NCBI GenBank assembly: GCA_003343885.1
Contig: QAKH01000036.1
Coordinates: 2,167 to 66,166, forward strand
Direction: 5' to 3'
Origin: Clostridiales bacterium
GTDB lineage: Bacteria; Bacillota; Clostridia; Oscillospirales; CAG-382
DNA: 64,000 nucleotides
Shown: piece by piece, positions 1 to 8,810 of the stretch
How the letters are laid out: each line of letters starts with the position of its first letter
How positions within the stretch are numbered: position 1 is the first letter of the stretch
The notes under the pieces: model-generated
Database searches by the model: none
What the model saw: only the letters and a program-made list of their open reading frames with translations
Told to the model about the DNA's origin: nothing
Program-made: the position numbers and the translations under genes

Positions 1-499
1 GTGCGAGAGAAATAATATAACCGGTATAACGGTTACGTCCTACTGCGTAATCCACCGTACACCCGATATTCTCTCCCGTCGCAAAGGGGATTTCTCCGAT
101 AATTCCGTCAATATAAGCCTCTATATCCGCTATTATTGACTCGCTCATCTTTTCTCCGCGGCTGTTTATCAGCTTAATGCCGTTGTCATAATAAGGATTA
201 TGGCTTGCTGAAATCATTATGCCGCAGTCAAAGTCCTCTGTTCTTGCAACGTACGAAACAGAGGGAGTCGTCGTTACGTGGAGCAAATACGCGTCGGCGC
301 CGCTTGCGGTAAGACCTGCGACAAGCGCGTATTCAAACATATAGCTTGAGCGGCGGGTATCTTTTCCGATAACAATTTTGCATTTGTGTTCCTTGCCGTA
401 GTACCATCCGAGGTAACGTCCGACCTTATATGCATGCTCAACGTTCAAGGTAATATTTGCTTCTCCGCGGAAGCCGTCAGTTCCAAAATATTTTCCCAT
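1..499 (-). CDS. glmM: Phosphoglucosamine mutase, N-terminal part only (3' end lies outside the window)
   Basis: My reverse-strand translation from the ATG at 499 reads MGKYFGTDGFRGEAN...IGKDTRRSSYMFEYAL...GIMISASHNPYYDNGIK. This contains the phosphohexomutase active-site Ser motif (SASHNP). The reading frame stays open to position 1. An SD (AGGAGA) lies upstream. Confidence 0.85.
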   Translation of the reverse strand, partial: MGKYFGTDGFRGEANITLNVEHAYKVGRYLGWYYGKEHKCKIVIGKDTRRSSYMFEYALVAGLTASGADAYLLHVTTTPSVSYVARTEDFDCGIMISASHNPYYDNGIKLINSRGEKMSESIIADIEAYIDGIIGEIPFATGENIGCTVDYAVGRNRYTGYIISLA

Positions 500-626
500 T
501 TTTATCTCCTACGGATATTTTATCCGATTATTTTATTTTTAAAAGCAGAAGAAATGCAGATGTGTTTTTCAATAGTTCCGGCAGTAAATCGACTCTGTAC
601 CGAGCCTGCACACAAAACCGGAAAAA

Positions 627-2462
627 TTATTCAACAGTTACCGATTTCGCAAGATTTCTCGGTTTATCTACGTCGCAGCCGAGATAAAGCGCTGTGTAGT
701 ATGCGATAAGCTGAGAAAGAGTTGCCGTTGGTACAGGCATGAACAATTCGCTCATCTGGGGAACACGCAAAACGTCGTCCGCAACGTTCTCCGGTATCAC
801 GGCATTCTCTCCGCAAAGAAGTATTACTCTTGCGCCGCGAGCACGCACTTCCTTGATGTTGCTTATCATTTTTTCATAAAGGCCTTCGTAATTTGCAAGA
901 GCAAACACCGGTGTGCCGTCAGATATAAGGGAAATCGTACCGTGCTTGAGTTCTCCTGCGGCGTACGCCTCACAATGGATATAGGATATTTCCTTAAGCT
1001 TGAGCGCCGCTTCCATACTGAGCGCGTAGTCAGCGCCTCTGCCTATGAAGAATATATCGTTATTATCTTTATATTTCTTAGCAATCTCCGAACACTGCTT
1101 TTCCATGTCCAAAGCTTTCTGAATCATCTTCGGAGCAATGTCAAGCAGTTCTGAAACATATGATTTAACAGTTTTTTCGTCTATACGTCCGCAAGCATAC
1201 GCAAGACGCAGTGCAAACAGGTACATGACAGCAATCTGTACGGTATACGCCTTGGTGCTGGCTACTGCTATTTCAGGTCCTGCCCAGGTATAAATTACGC
1301 TGTCTGCCTCACGGGCGATTGACGAGCCTGCCACATTTACTACGGCAAGCGTATACACGCCGTTTTGTTTTGCGAGTCTGAGCGCCGCAAGAGTATCTGC
1401 GGTTTCGCCCGACTGTGAAATAATGATTACAAGGTCGTTTTTACCGAGAATGGGGTTCTTATATCTGAATTCAGACGCTATTTCAACATTTACAGGTATT
1501 CTCGCAAGGCTTTCTGCCGCAAATTTTCCTATAAGACCTGCATGCATTGCAGTTCCGCACGCAACGATGTGTATTCTTTCAAAAGAAGACAGCCTTTTAT
1601 CGTCAAGACCTTCCACGCCGAGCACCGGCATTCCGTCATGGATACGCGGACGAAGCGTTTTTATTATAGCGTCAGGCTCCTCATGAATTTCCTTAATCAT
1701 GAAATGGGGATAGCCGCCCTTTTCTGCCGCTTCGATATCCCAGTCGGCTGTTTCAAGCTTTTTCTCGGCAGGCGTATCGTTAACCGAAAGGACCGCCACG
1801 TTATCCGGCGTGACAACGGCAATTTCACCCTCGTCAAGGCGATAATACTTATTTGTATATTTGAGCACTGCCGGAATGTCGGACGCGATGAAGTTTCCGA
1901 TTTCAGACACCGCAACTATCAGCGGGTTATCTTTCCTCATACAATATATCGAGCCCGGGTGTCCAGCAAATACTGCGCCTATGGCGTAGGAGCCGGACAG
2001 CATTCCGATAGCCTTTCTCATTGCCTTTACAGGATCGTTAGTTTCGCAAAAATAATAATCAATCAGCTTTGCGGCGGTTTCCGTGTCGGTTTCCGACTCG
2101 AACGCATAGCCCTTGCCGATAAGAAATTCTTTGATTTCGGAATAGTTTTCTATAATTCCGTTATGAACAATGCTCACACGTGCCGTACCGTGAGGATGCG
2201 AATTTACATCGCTCGGTTCTCCGTGTGTCGCCCAGCGTGTGTGACCTATTCCGCAGCTTGAAACAAGCTTGCTTTCAAGGTGTGCGATTTTCTCCTCGAG
2301 AAGCGCAAGTTTTCCCTTTGATTTCACAACCTTAATTGTTTTTTCCGAGTCAAAAACCGCAATTCCCGCCGAGTCGTATCCTCTGTATTCGAGGGCGCTG
2401 AGTCCCTCAAGTATTTTCGGCACAGCGTTTTCACTGCCCGAATAGCCGATAATTCCGCACAT
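627..2462 (-). CDS. glmS: Glutamine--fructose-6-phosphate aminotransferase (isomerizing)
   Basis: 611-aa ORF. It starts MCGIIGY (N-terminal nucleophile Cys of class II amidotransferases), has two SIS domains, and ends in the canonical ...NLAKSVTVE. Confidence 0.97.
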   Translation of the reverse strand: MCGIIGYSGSENAVPKILEGLSALEYRGYDSAGIAVFDSEKTIKVVKSKGKLALLEEKIAHLESKLVSSCGIGHTRWATHGEPSDVNSHPHGTARVSIVHNGIIENYSEIKEFLIGKGYAFESETDTETAAKLIDYYFCETNDPVKAMRKAIGMLSGSYAIGAVFAGHPGSIYCMRKDNPLIVAVSEIGNFIASDIPAVLKYTNKYYRLDEGEIAVVTPDNVAVLSVNDTPAEKKLETADWDIEAAEKGGYPHFMIKEIHEEPDAIIKTLRPRIHDGMPVLGVEGLDDKRLSSFERIHIVACGTAMHAGLIGKFAAESLARIPVNVEIASEFRYKNPILGKNDLVIIISQSGETADTLAALRLAKQNGVYTLAVVNVAGSSIAREADSVIYTWAGPEIAVASTKAYTVQIAVMYLFALRLAYACGRIDEKTVKSYVSELLDIAPKMIQKALDMEKQCSEIAKKYKDNNDIFFIGRGADYALSMEAALKLKEISYIHCEAYAAGELKHGTISLISDGTPVFALANYEGLYEKMISNIKEVRARGARVILLCGENAVIPENVADDVLRVPQMSELFMPVPTATLSQLIAYYTALYLGCDVDKPRNLAKSVTVE

Positions 2463-2575
2463 AAATTCAGTCTCCGTTTCTTGATATTTGATCTATCCGG
2501 TGGGACAAGGCCGGAATCGTCAGCATTTATTTTATTGATTTTTTAAGGTTCAAACAAGTAGTTATACATCCATAT

Positions 2576-2746
2576 GACCGTACTTTTGTACGTGCCGCGG
2601 CGGTGCTTTCTCACACCTTTCATACGGCATGTTTTTGTATACGTCCTTACGACATTGGATCTGCCGGAGAAACACCCGCCGAAAATTTCGATAGTTTCTC
2701 TCCTCGTCACTCTGCTTAAAAGTAAAACCGCAGAGCCTGGCGCTAA
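2576..2746 (-). ncRNA. glmS ribozyme: glmS ribozyme (glucosamine-6-phosphate-activated self-cleaving leader)
   Basis: The reverse strand reads ...UUUU-A/GCGCCAGGCUCUGCGG...UUAAGCAGAGUGACGAGGAGAGAAACUAUCGAAAUUUUCGGCGGGUGUUUCUCCGGCAGAUCCAAUGUCGUAAGGACG... This matches the conserved core of the ribozyme as I recall it (AGCGCC cleavage site; GACGAGGA..UAUCGAAUUUUCGGCGG..CCGGC; CGUAAGGA). It lies directly 5' of glmS. The 3' boundary is approximate. Confidence 0.85.
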
Positions 2747-2813
2747 AACAAATACACCTGTTAAAGGCAATATGTTTTTTCGAGGCCGTCAAAGCGTCAA
2801 ATGTGTCCCGTAC

Positions 2814-2843
2814 ATTATATTCAAAATCTGCCAAGACCGCCAA
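2814..2843 (-). promoter_or_regulatory. Candidate sigma-A promoter for the glmS leader
   Basis: On the minus strand: TTGGCG, an 18-nt spacer, then TATAAT. The -10 box sits about 70 nt upstream of the ribozyme cleavage site. Confidence 0.4.
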
Positions 2844-2870
2844 TAAGGGCAATGAGTCAAAGCAAGCCTG

Positions 2871-3527
2871 TCACAGCTTGACGACTATATTGCCCTCGGA
2901 TTTGTAAATACGGTTTTCCGGTACGTATCCTCTTACTCTTGAGAGCGGATACACAGTACAGTTTTTTCCTAAAACAGTGCCCGGACACAATACGCTGTTG
3001 CAGCCTACCTCAGTACAGTCGCCTACCATGGCGCCGAACTTCTTCAATCCTGTTTCTATTCTTCCGCCGCCCGTAACAACAGCCACCGGCGTTTTATCGC
3101 TTTTGACGTTGGAAGTTATGGCTCCTGCGCCCAAATGCGACTTATAACCGAGTATCGAATCGCCGACATAGTTATAGTGAGGCACCTGAACATTATTGAA
3201 CAGTATGCTGTTCTTAATTTCAGTAGAATTCCCAACAACGCAGTTATTTCCGATAAGAGCACTCGAACGAATGAACGCACAGTGACGGACTTCCGTGTTC
3301 TCGCCTATTATGCAAGGTCCTCCGATAAATGCTGACGCAAAAATCTTAGCACTCTTTGCCGCCCACACGTTTTCATCTATCTGCTCATACACGTTCTTGT
3401 CAAGAGTCGGACCAAGCTCAAGAATAAAATTCTTTATTTCTCCGAGTGCAAGCCACGGGTATTCGTACTTTTCAAGAAGTTCCGCTGCAAGAGTATTTTC
3501 AAGACTGAACAATTGGACAGTTTTCAT
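2871..3527 (-). CDS. Left-handed beta-helix (hexapeptide-repeat) acyltransferase resembling the C-terminal acetyltransferase half of GlmU
   Basis: 218-aa ORF with a strong SD (GGAGGA). It has many [LIV]-G-x4 hexapeptide repeats (IGENTEV, IGNNCVVGNSTEI, VGDSILG, LGAGAIT, VGDCTEVGCNSVL). There is no nucleotidyltransferase domain. Confidence 0.7.
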   Translation of the reverse strand: MKTVQLFSLENTLAAELLEKYEYPWLALGEIKNFILELGPTLDKNVYEQIDENVWAAKSAKIFASAFIGGPCIIGENTEVRHCAFIRSSALIGNNCVVGNSTEIKNSILFNNVQVPHYNYVGDSILGYKSHLGAGAITSNVKSDKTPVAVVTGGGRIETGLKKFGAMVGDCTEVGCNSVLCPGTVLGKNCTVYPLSRVRGYVPENRIYKSEGNIVVKL

Positions 3528-3764
3528 CTATTTTCCTCCTTTCTTATATAATCGATGTATTATATCACAATTTAACTGCAATTTCAATGATTTTCTCAAA
3601 ATTGACAGGTAAATTTTTTTTGACCTGAACATTTACATTTTCAAATGTTTTTTGTTAAGAAGATACGTTATATGTAGCATATTTGAACAAGGCATTGTAA
3701 AAAGTGACAAGATATGCTAAAATATAAAAAAACAAATATGAAAGTTTAGAAGGGAGTAATGTAT

Positions 3765-4607
3765 ATGAACGCAACCGGAGAAAAGTTATATGCATGCTCA
3801 GAGTATATACGCAGTCGCATTCCGCTTCGACCGGCAGTAGCGCTGGTACTCGGGTCAGGTCTTGGAGATTTTGCTGACAAAATAGACATAAAATACATAT
3901 TACCTTACAGTGATATTGAATCATTTCCGGTATCGACAATCAGCGGTCATGCAGGCAGATACGTTTTCGGATATCTTAACGGAGTGCCTGTCTGCGCAAT
4001 GCAAGGCAGGGTACATCTTTACGAAGGATACCCTGTGGGGGATGTAGTTCTGCCGATACGAGTCATGGGACTTATCGGAGCGCACAGCATAATACTTACA
4101 AATGCTGCCGGTGGTATCAACAAAACCTTTCATCCCGGAATGTTCATGCTGCTTTCTGACCACATATCTTCTTTTGTCCCCTCCCCTCTTACCGGAGAGA
4201 ACATACCGTCTCTCGGCGTAAGATTTCCGGACATGTCTGCTGTATACGATCCGTCATTCCGTTCTCGTTTGCTGCAATTTTCCTCAAAGGAAAGCATAGA
4301 TTTGAGAGAGGGTGTTTATTTGCAGGTTCCAGGACCTCAATACGAAACGCCGACGGAAATCAGGATGTATTCTTCTTTCGGTGCAGACGCAGTCGGAATG
4401 AGCACGGCGTGCGAAGCAATTGCCGCTCACCACATGGGCATGAGAGTAGGAGCTATAAGCTGTATCACCAACATGGCCGCCGGTCTTGGCAAAAAGGAGT
4501 TGTCTCATGACGAGGTAAAACACAGCGCGGCTCTTGCGTCTGAAAATTTTGCAAAACTTGTCGCCGAGTCGGTTACGGTTATGGCTGAGAATTTTCAACA
4601 GGATTGA
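3765..4607 (+). CDS. punA: Purine nucleoside phosphorylase (trimeric PNP/PunA family)
   Basis: The ORF has LVLGSGLG, GHAGR.VFG, GRVHLYEGY, NAAGG, PQYETP.E and GADAVGMST..E motifs typical of inosine/guanosine phosphorylase. The ATG at 3765 has better SD spacing than the ATG at 3759. Confidence 0.85.
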   Translation: MNATGEKLYACSEYIRSRIPLRPAVALVLGSGLGDFADKIDIKYILPYSDIESFPVSTISGHAGRYVFGYLNGVPVCAMQGRVHLYEGYPVGDVVLPIRVMGLIGAHSIILTNAAGGINKTFHPGMFMLLSDHISSFVPSPLTGENIPSLGVRFPDMSAVYDPSFRSRLLQFSSKESIDLREGVYLQVPGPQYETPTEIRMYSSFGADAVGMSTACEAIAAHHMGMRVGAISCITNMAAGLGKKELSHDEVKHSAALASENFAKLVAESVTVMAENFQQD

Positions 4608-4654
4608 CGCAGGTTACTTCTCTCTGTTCACTCTTTATTTTACAGAAAAACAAT

Positions 4655-4710
4655 GGGACTGTAACAAAACGATTACGTTTTTACGCCGTTTTGCCGCAGT
4701 CCCGATTTTA
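4655..4710. terminator. Long imperfect hairpin between convergent punA and rubredoxin genes
   Basis: GGGACTG...CAAAACG...CGTTTTG...CAGTCCC followed by GATTTTA. It sits between two convergent gene ends. Confidence 0.4.
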
Positions 4711-4732
4711 TGCTTTTAAGGCAAATATGCAA

Positions 4733-4888
4733 TTATTCCTCAGAGAACTGATCCTTTGTTACTCCGCATAACGGACACTCAAAATCTTCCGGAAGATCTT
4801 CCCACTTTGTTCCGGCGGGAATTCCGCCGTCCGGATATCCTTCCTCTTCGTCATATACCCATCCGCATACTTCGCATACATATTTCAT
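4733..4888 (-). CDS. Rubredoxin (51 aa; too short for the supplied ORF track)
   Basis: My translation is [51 protein letters not shown]. It has two CxxC pairs with canonical rubredoxin spacing, and lies 44 nt downstream of the flavodiiron gene on the same strand. Confidence 0.9.
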   Translation of the reverse strand: MKYVCEVCGWVYDEEEGYPDGGIPAGTKWEDLPEDFECPLCGVTKDQFSEE

Positions 4889-4932
4889 TTTCTTTTCCTC
4901 CTCATTTAACTTAATTTTATATTTTTTGGGGT

Positions 4933-6792
4933 TTAAAGCTTTTCAAAATCATCGGCTCCGTGCTTGCACAGCGGACAAATAAAGTCAGCCGGGAGCGTTT
5001 CGCCTTCATAAACGTATCCGCATATTTTGCACACATACCCGGTTTTCTTTTCCTCGGCAGGTGCGGGTTTTGGCTTCACGTGTTCAAAGTAATAAGCATA
5101 CGTCATTGACGGAATATCAGAAAGTCTTACTGCCTCTGTGACATCGGCAACAAAAAGGGTATGTGTTCCGCAATCAGTTTCAGACAAAACCTTGCAGGAT
5201 ATAACCGCGTTTGAATGTTCCGGCACATAAGCTAATCCGTTCGCCGTTCTTTCGGGCTGTGAAGAGGCAAACTTATCGGTATCTCTTCCGCTTGAAAATC
5301 CAAAGCGCTCAAACACTTTAAACGGCGCCGCCTCAGACAGAACTGACAGATTAAACACGCCTGATTTCTTTATCATGTCGTGGGTGTAATTTGCCTTATT
5401 TATGGCAATTGCCATGCGCTTGGGAGAATCCGTAACCTGGATTGCCGTATTTATTATGCAGCCGTTATCCTTGCCGTCAACCTTTGATGTGAGAACAAAA
5501 AGACCGTATGACAGCTTGAAAAACGCTTTGCTGTCGATTTCGGCGTTTTGGGCGGCAGGAGAAGTCTGACTTGCGTCATCTTTCTTCGGCATGGTTTCCG
5601 CTATCTTCTCAGCCAGCGTCTTAAGCACTTCAAGGCCGTCGGCATTTACGGAAGACTTGACTGTCAGCGTATCTTCAAGTATTGTCATGTTTTTGCATGA
5701 AGAAAGCTTCTCTTTCATGAGCGCTCCGCTTGTCGGCGCCCACGAACCGTTCTCGATTAAAGCGACGGTACGGTTTTGAAGATTATGGGAAACGAGGTCT
5801 GAAAGCAGTGCCTCCATCGTCACAAATATTCCTGCGTTATACGTAGTTGACGCAAAAACAAGGTGACTGAATTTAAACGCGGCTGACACTATTTCGGAAG
5901 CCGGGGTTACCGAGACGTCAAACATAACGGTTTTTATACCGAGCTCACGAAGGCTGCTTGAAAGAATCTCGGCGGCGTTTTCGGTATTGCCGTAAACAGA
6001 CGCGTAGGCTATCATTACGCCGTATTCCTCCGGCGCATACGTGCTCCAGAGCTGATATTTGCTGATAAAATCGCCGAGATTTCTGCGCCAGACAAATCCG
6101 TGCAGAGGACATATCATTTCTATTTCATGCGCCGAAGCTTTCTTTAATATCGCCTGAACCTGCGTGCCGTATTTTCCGACAATGTTAGTATAATATCTGC
6201 GCGCCTCATCCATATAGTCGCGTTCAAAGTCTACCTCGTCTGCAAACAGCGCGCCGTTAAGAGCACCAAATGCTCCAAATGCGTCCGCGGAGAAAAGTGT
6301 TTTCGACGTTATGTCATATGTCATCATTACTTCGGGCCAGTGTACCATCGGCGCCATAAGGAAAGTAAGCGTATGACTGCCGGTTTCCAGGGTATCTCCC
6401 TCTTTTACTATTAGTGAACGCTGCTGCAATTCGTCCTGCTTATCGCCGAAAAACTGCTTTGCCATTGCAAGGATTTTTGCGTTGCATACCAGCTTCGCAT
6501 CAGGATACTTTTCAAGCAAATTAACAAGTGTTGCCGAATGGTCCGGTTCCATATGGTGAATGACAAGATAGTCCAGTTCTTTTCCGCCGAGCACGTACTC
6601 CACATTTTCTAAAAAGCGAGCTCCGACAGCCTTGTCCACCGTATCAAAAAGCACATTTTTCTCATCCAAAAGCAGATATGAGTTATACGAAACACCGTCC
6701 GGCACCGAGTAAACTCCTTCAAACATTGCCAAACGCCGGTCGTTCGCACCTACCCACCACAGATTTTCCGTTATCTTCTTACTGCAATGCAT
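4933..6792 (-). CDS. Multidomain flavodiiron protein: metallo-beta-lactamase-like diiron domain, flavodoxin domain, flavin-reductase-like domain and C-terminal rubredoxin domain
   Basis: The N-terminus has HHMEPDH (the diiron H.E.DH motif). A flavodoxin-like block follows ([11 protein letters not shown]). A split-barrel flavin-reductase-like block comes next ([21 protein letters not shown]...). The C-terminus is [12 protein letters not shown]...[10 protein letters not shown] placed the start at the ATG at 6792 (MHCSKK...) because AAAGGAGA lies 10 nt upstream; the track's start at 6828 is a GTG with no SD. Confidence 0.85.
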   Translation of the reverse strand: MHCSKKITENLWWVGANDRRLAMFEGVYSVPDGVSYNSYLLLDEKNVLFDTVDKAVGARFLENVEYVLGGKELDYLVIHHMEPDHSATLVNLLEKYPDAKLVCNAKILAMAKQFFGDKQDELQQRSLIVKEGDTLETGSHTLTFLMAPMVHWPEVMMTYDITSKTLFSADAFGAFGALNGALFADEVDFERDYMDEARRYYTNIVGKYGTQVQAILKKASAHEIEMICPLHGFVWRRNLGDFISKYQLWSTYAPEEYGVMIAYASVYGNTENAAEILSSSLRELGIKTVMFDVSVTPASEIVSAAFKFSHLVFASTTYNAGIFVTMEALLSDLVSHNLQNRTVALIENGSWAPTSGALMKEKLSSCKNMTILEDTLTVKSSVNADGLEVLKTLAEKIAETMPKKDDASQTSPAAQNAEIDSKAFFKLSYGLFVLTSKVDGKDNGCIINTAIQVTDSPKRMAIAINKANYTHDMIKKSGVFNLSVLSEAAPFKVFERFGFSSGRDTDKFASSQPERTANGLAYVPEHSNAVISCKVLSETDCGTHTLFVADVTEAVRLSDIPSMTYAYYFEHVKPKPAPAEEKKTGYVCKICGYVYEGETLPADFICPLCKHGADDFEKL

Positions 6793-6861
6793 AACTGTGT
6801 TATCTCCTTTCATTTCATCAAATTTCACTTTTGATTATATCCTATATTCGTAAAAAAAACC

Positions 6862-6875
6862 GTTGCATTTGCAAC
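6862..6875. promoter_or_regulatory. Palindrome GTTGCA-TT-TGCAAC in the divergent flavodiiron / Crp-Fnr intergenic region (candidate operator, overlapping a possible -35)
   Basis: Read directly from the sequence. TTGCAT, 16 nt, then TATAAT (6885-6890) would form a plus-strand promoter overlapping it. Confidence 0.3.
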
Positions 6876-6926
6876 AAAATATGATATAATTCTTGTGTAA
6901 GATAAATTTATACGGCAAATAAAGTA

Positions 6927-6954
6927 CCAAATATACAAAACCAAATATACAAAA
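6927..6954. repeat. Perfect tandem direct repeat, 2 x 14 bp (CCAAATATACAAAA)
   Basis: Copies at 6927-6940 and 6941-6954 are identical. They lie immediately upstream of the SD of the Crp/Fnr-family gene. Confidence 0.8.
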
Positions 6955-6969
6955 AAGATTGGGAGAAAG

Positions 6970-7626
6970 ATGAAAGACACAAAGGACACGATTTTTAAAA
7001 ACATCACAGTTGCCGAACGTGAAAAAATGTTTGAGTGTATGGGAGCAGTCAAAAGGCGGTATGCGAAAGGTGAAACAATATGCCGAATGAACCAGCACAA
7101 AAACTTTATAGGCATACTTATTTCCGGCAGAGCAAACATAACGTGCATGGACTTTGAGGGACATATAAGCGTATTCGAGCAAATCGGACCGGGAGAAATT
7201 TTCGGGGAAATGTTCTGGCTTGCCATGGAAGAATTCGAGTTTTCAGCGGCAGCTGAAACAGACTGCGACGTGCGTTTCGTAAGTTTTGAGCGTTTGATTA
7301 CGCCGTGTTCAAACACCTGCACTTTTCACTGCGAACTCATAAACAATCTATTCTGCATGGCAGCCAAAAAGGCACGGGAACTTACTATGCACGTAAACAT
7401 CCTAAGCCGCCGCACAATCAGGCTGAAGCTTCTCACTTATTTTGACACTCTGAAACACGGCGGCACCGTAAAAACAGTTACTTTGCCCTTTTCCTATACG
7501 GCGCTTGCCGACTATATTTGCGCTGACAGGAGCGCTATGATGAGAGAACTCAAAAAAATGCGTCTCGACGGTCAAATCAGTGTATCCGGAAGAAATATAA
7601 CGCTGAATTATTCGACAAAACAGTAA
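6970..7626 (+). CDS. Crp/Fnr family transcriptional regulator
   Basis: 218 aa. The N-terminal part resembles a cNMP-binding beta-barrel (GPGEIFGE). The C-terminal part is an HTH (YTALADYICADRSAMMRELKKM). It is divergent from the O2/NO-detoxification operon. Confidence 0.8.
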   Translation: MKDTKDTIFKNITVAEREKMFECMGAVKRRYAKGETICRMNQHKNFIGILISGRANITCMDFEGHISVFEQIGPGEIFGEMFWLAMEEFEFSAAAETDCDVRFVSFERLITPCSNTCTFHCELINNLFCMAAKKARELTMHVNILSRRTIRLKLLTYFDTLKHGGTVKTVTLPFSYTALADYICADRSAMMRELKKMRLDGQISVSGRNITLNYSTKQ

Positions 7627-7735
7627 TTTTATAAAGTTTAAATATAAACTGAAAAAAATAGTAAAATATGTCAATTTGAAAAAAGTGACATAACTCGGCT
7701 TTATTTACATTTTGTCGAATACGACAAAATTACTA

Positions 7736-7764
7736 TTTACATTGTCGTTTTTTTGTGTTATAAT
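7736..7764 (+). promoter_or_regulatory. Candidate sigma-A promoter upstream of rlmB
   Basis: TTTACA, a 17-nt spacer, then TGTTATAAT (extended -10). Confidence 0.5.
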
Positions 7765-7885
7765 TTAATCGATAATGTATGTTTGATAGGTGTTTCTTCG
7801 ACTGTACTGAGCTTTTTAAAATCAACCCTGTCAGGCTGCAGCTGTAAAATTCGACAAAGTCGTTCGGACTGTGGAAAGGATTTTT

Positions 7886-8785
7886 ATGGGCGCATACGAC
7901 AAGAACAACGAAAGAAAAAAATCAAAAAACTTCTCCGGTAAATTCTCCGACAAAGGTTTTGATTCAAAACCCGGCCGCAGGCAGGATTTATCACACAGTG
8001 CGTCACGTTCCGCCGCTTCTTCCGGAAAAAAATTTGACGAAGAACTCGCAAACGGTTCTGTTCCCGGCAGAAATGCCGTAAGAGAGCTGTTAAAGTCAGG
8101 GCGTGACATTGAAAAAATTTTTATACAAAGCGGTGAAAGAGAAGGCTCTATTACCGTCCTTGCCGCCGAGGCACTAAGCAGAGGCATTCCTTTGATTGAG
8201 GTTGAGCGCAAAAAGCTTGATGCGCTTTGCGGATATGAGCAGCACCAGGGTATAGTTGCTATCGCATCTGAAAAGGAATATGTGGATATCGAGGATGTTT
8301 TGGAAATTGCAAGGCAGCGTGGAGAAAAGCCTTTGATAGTGATAGCGGACGGAGTATCCGATCCGCACAATCTCGGCGCTATAATCAGATGTGCCGAGGG
8401 TGCCGGTGCTCACGGAATTATTATTCCGAAACGCCGTGCAGCGGGTATAACTCCAGCGGTAACCAAGGCTTCGGCGGGTGCGGTGGAACATCTCGCCGCC
8501 GTAAAATGCACAAACATCACGGAAACGATAAAGAAATTAAAGGAACTCGGCTTATGGATTTTTGCCGCTGAGGCAGACGGAACAAGCTATACAAAAGCTG
8601 ATTTCGACGTTCCGTGTGCGATTGTTTTAGGAAGTGAAGAAAACGGAGTTTCCGAACTCGTAAAAAAGAACTGTGACTACATTGTTTCCATACCAATGCG
8701 CGGAAAAGTCAACTCGCTTAACGTTTCTACCGCCGCAGCGGTTCTCCTGTATGAAGTGATTAGGCAAAGATACTCAAATTGTTAG
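7886..8785 (+). CDS. rlmB: 23S rRNA (guanosine-2'-O)-methyltransferase RlmB (SpoU/TrmH family) with a basic, low-complexity N-terminal extension
   Basis: GRNAVRELL (substrate-binding domain), DGVSDPHNLGAIIRCAEGAGAHGIIIP and IPMRGKVNSLNVSTAAAVLLYE (SPOUT knot motifs). The ATG at 7886 follows GGAAAGGA. Confidence 0.85.
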   Translation: MGAYDKNNERKKSKNFSGKFSDKGFDSKPGRRQDLSHSASRSAASSGKKFDEELANGSVPGRNAVRELLKSGRDIEKIFIQSGEREGSITVLAAEALSRGIPLIEVERKKLDALCGYEQHQGIVAIASEKEYVDIEDVLEIARQRGEKPLIVIADGVSDPHNLGAIIRCAEGAGAHGIIIPKRRAAGITPAVTKASAGAVEHLAAVKCTNITETIKKLKELGLWIFAAEADGTSYTKADFDVPCAIVLGSEENGVSELVKKNCDYIVSIPMRGKVNSLNVSTAAAVLLYEVIRQRYSNC

Positions 8786-8810
8786 TTACGATAGTTTTTT
8801 CAAGGAAAGG

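Noticed and set aside
1542-2261. Other long shadow ORFs opposite or overlapping strong genes. Examples: 1542-2261 within glmS, 23909-24682 within the deacetylase, 45631-46356 within dapF, 39254-39799 and 39954-40451 within potA, 6825-7322 opposite the Crp gene, and 7831-8370 opposite rlmB.
   Set aside because: Each overlaps a CDS that has clear family motifs. None has a convincing SD or recognisable motifs. Their amino-acid composition is what antisense translation of a real gene would give.
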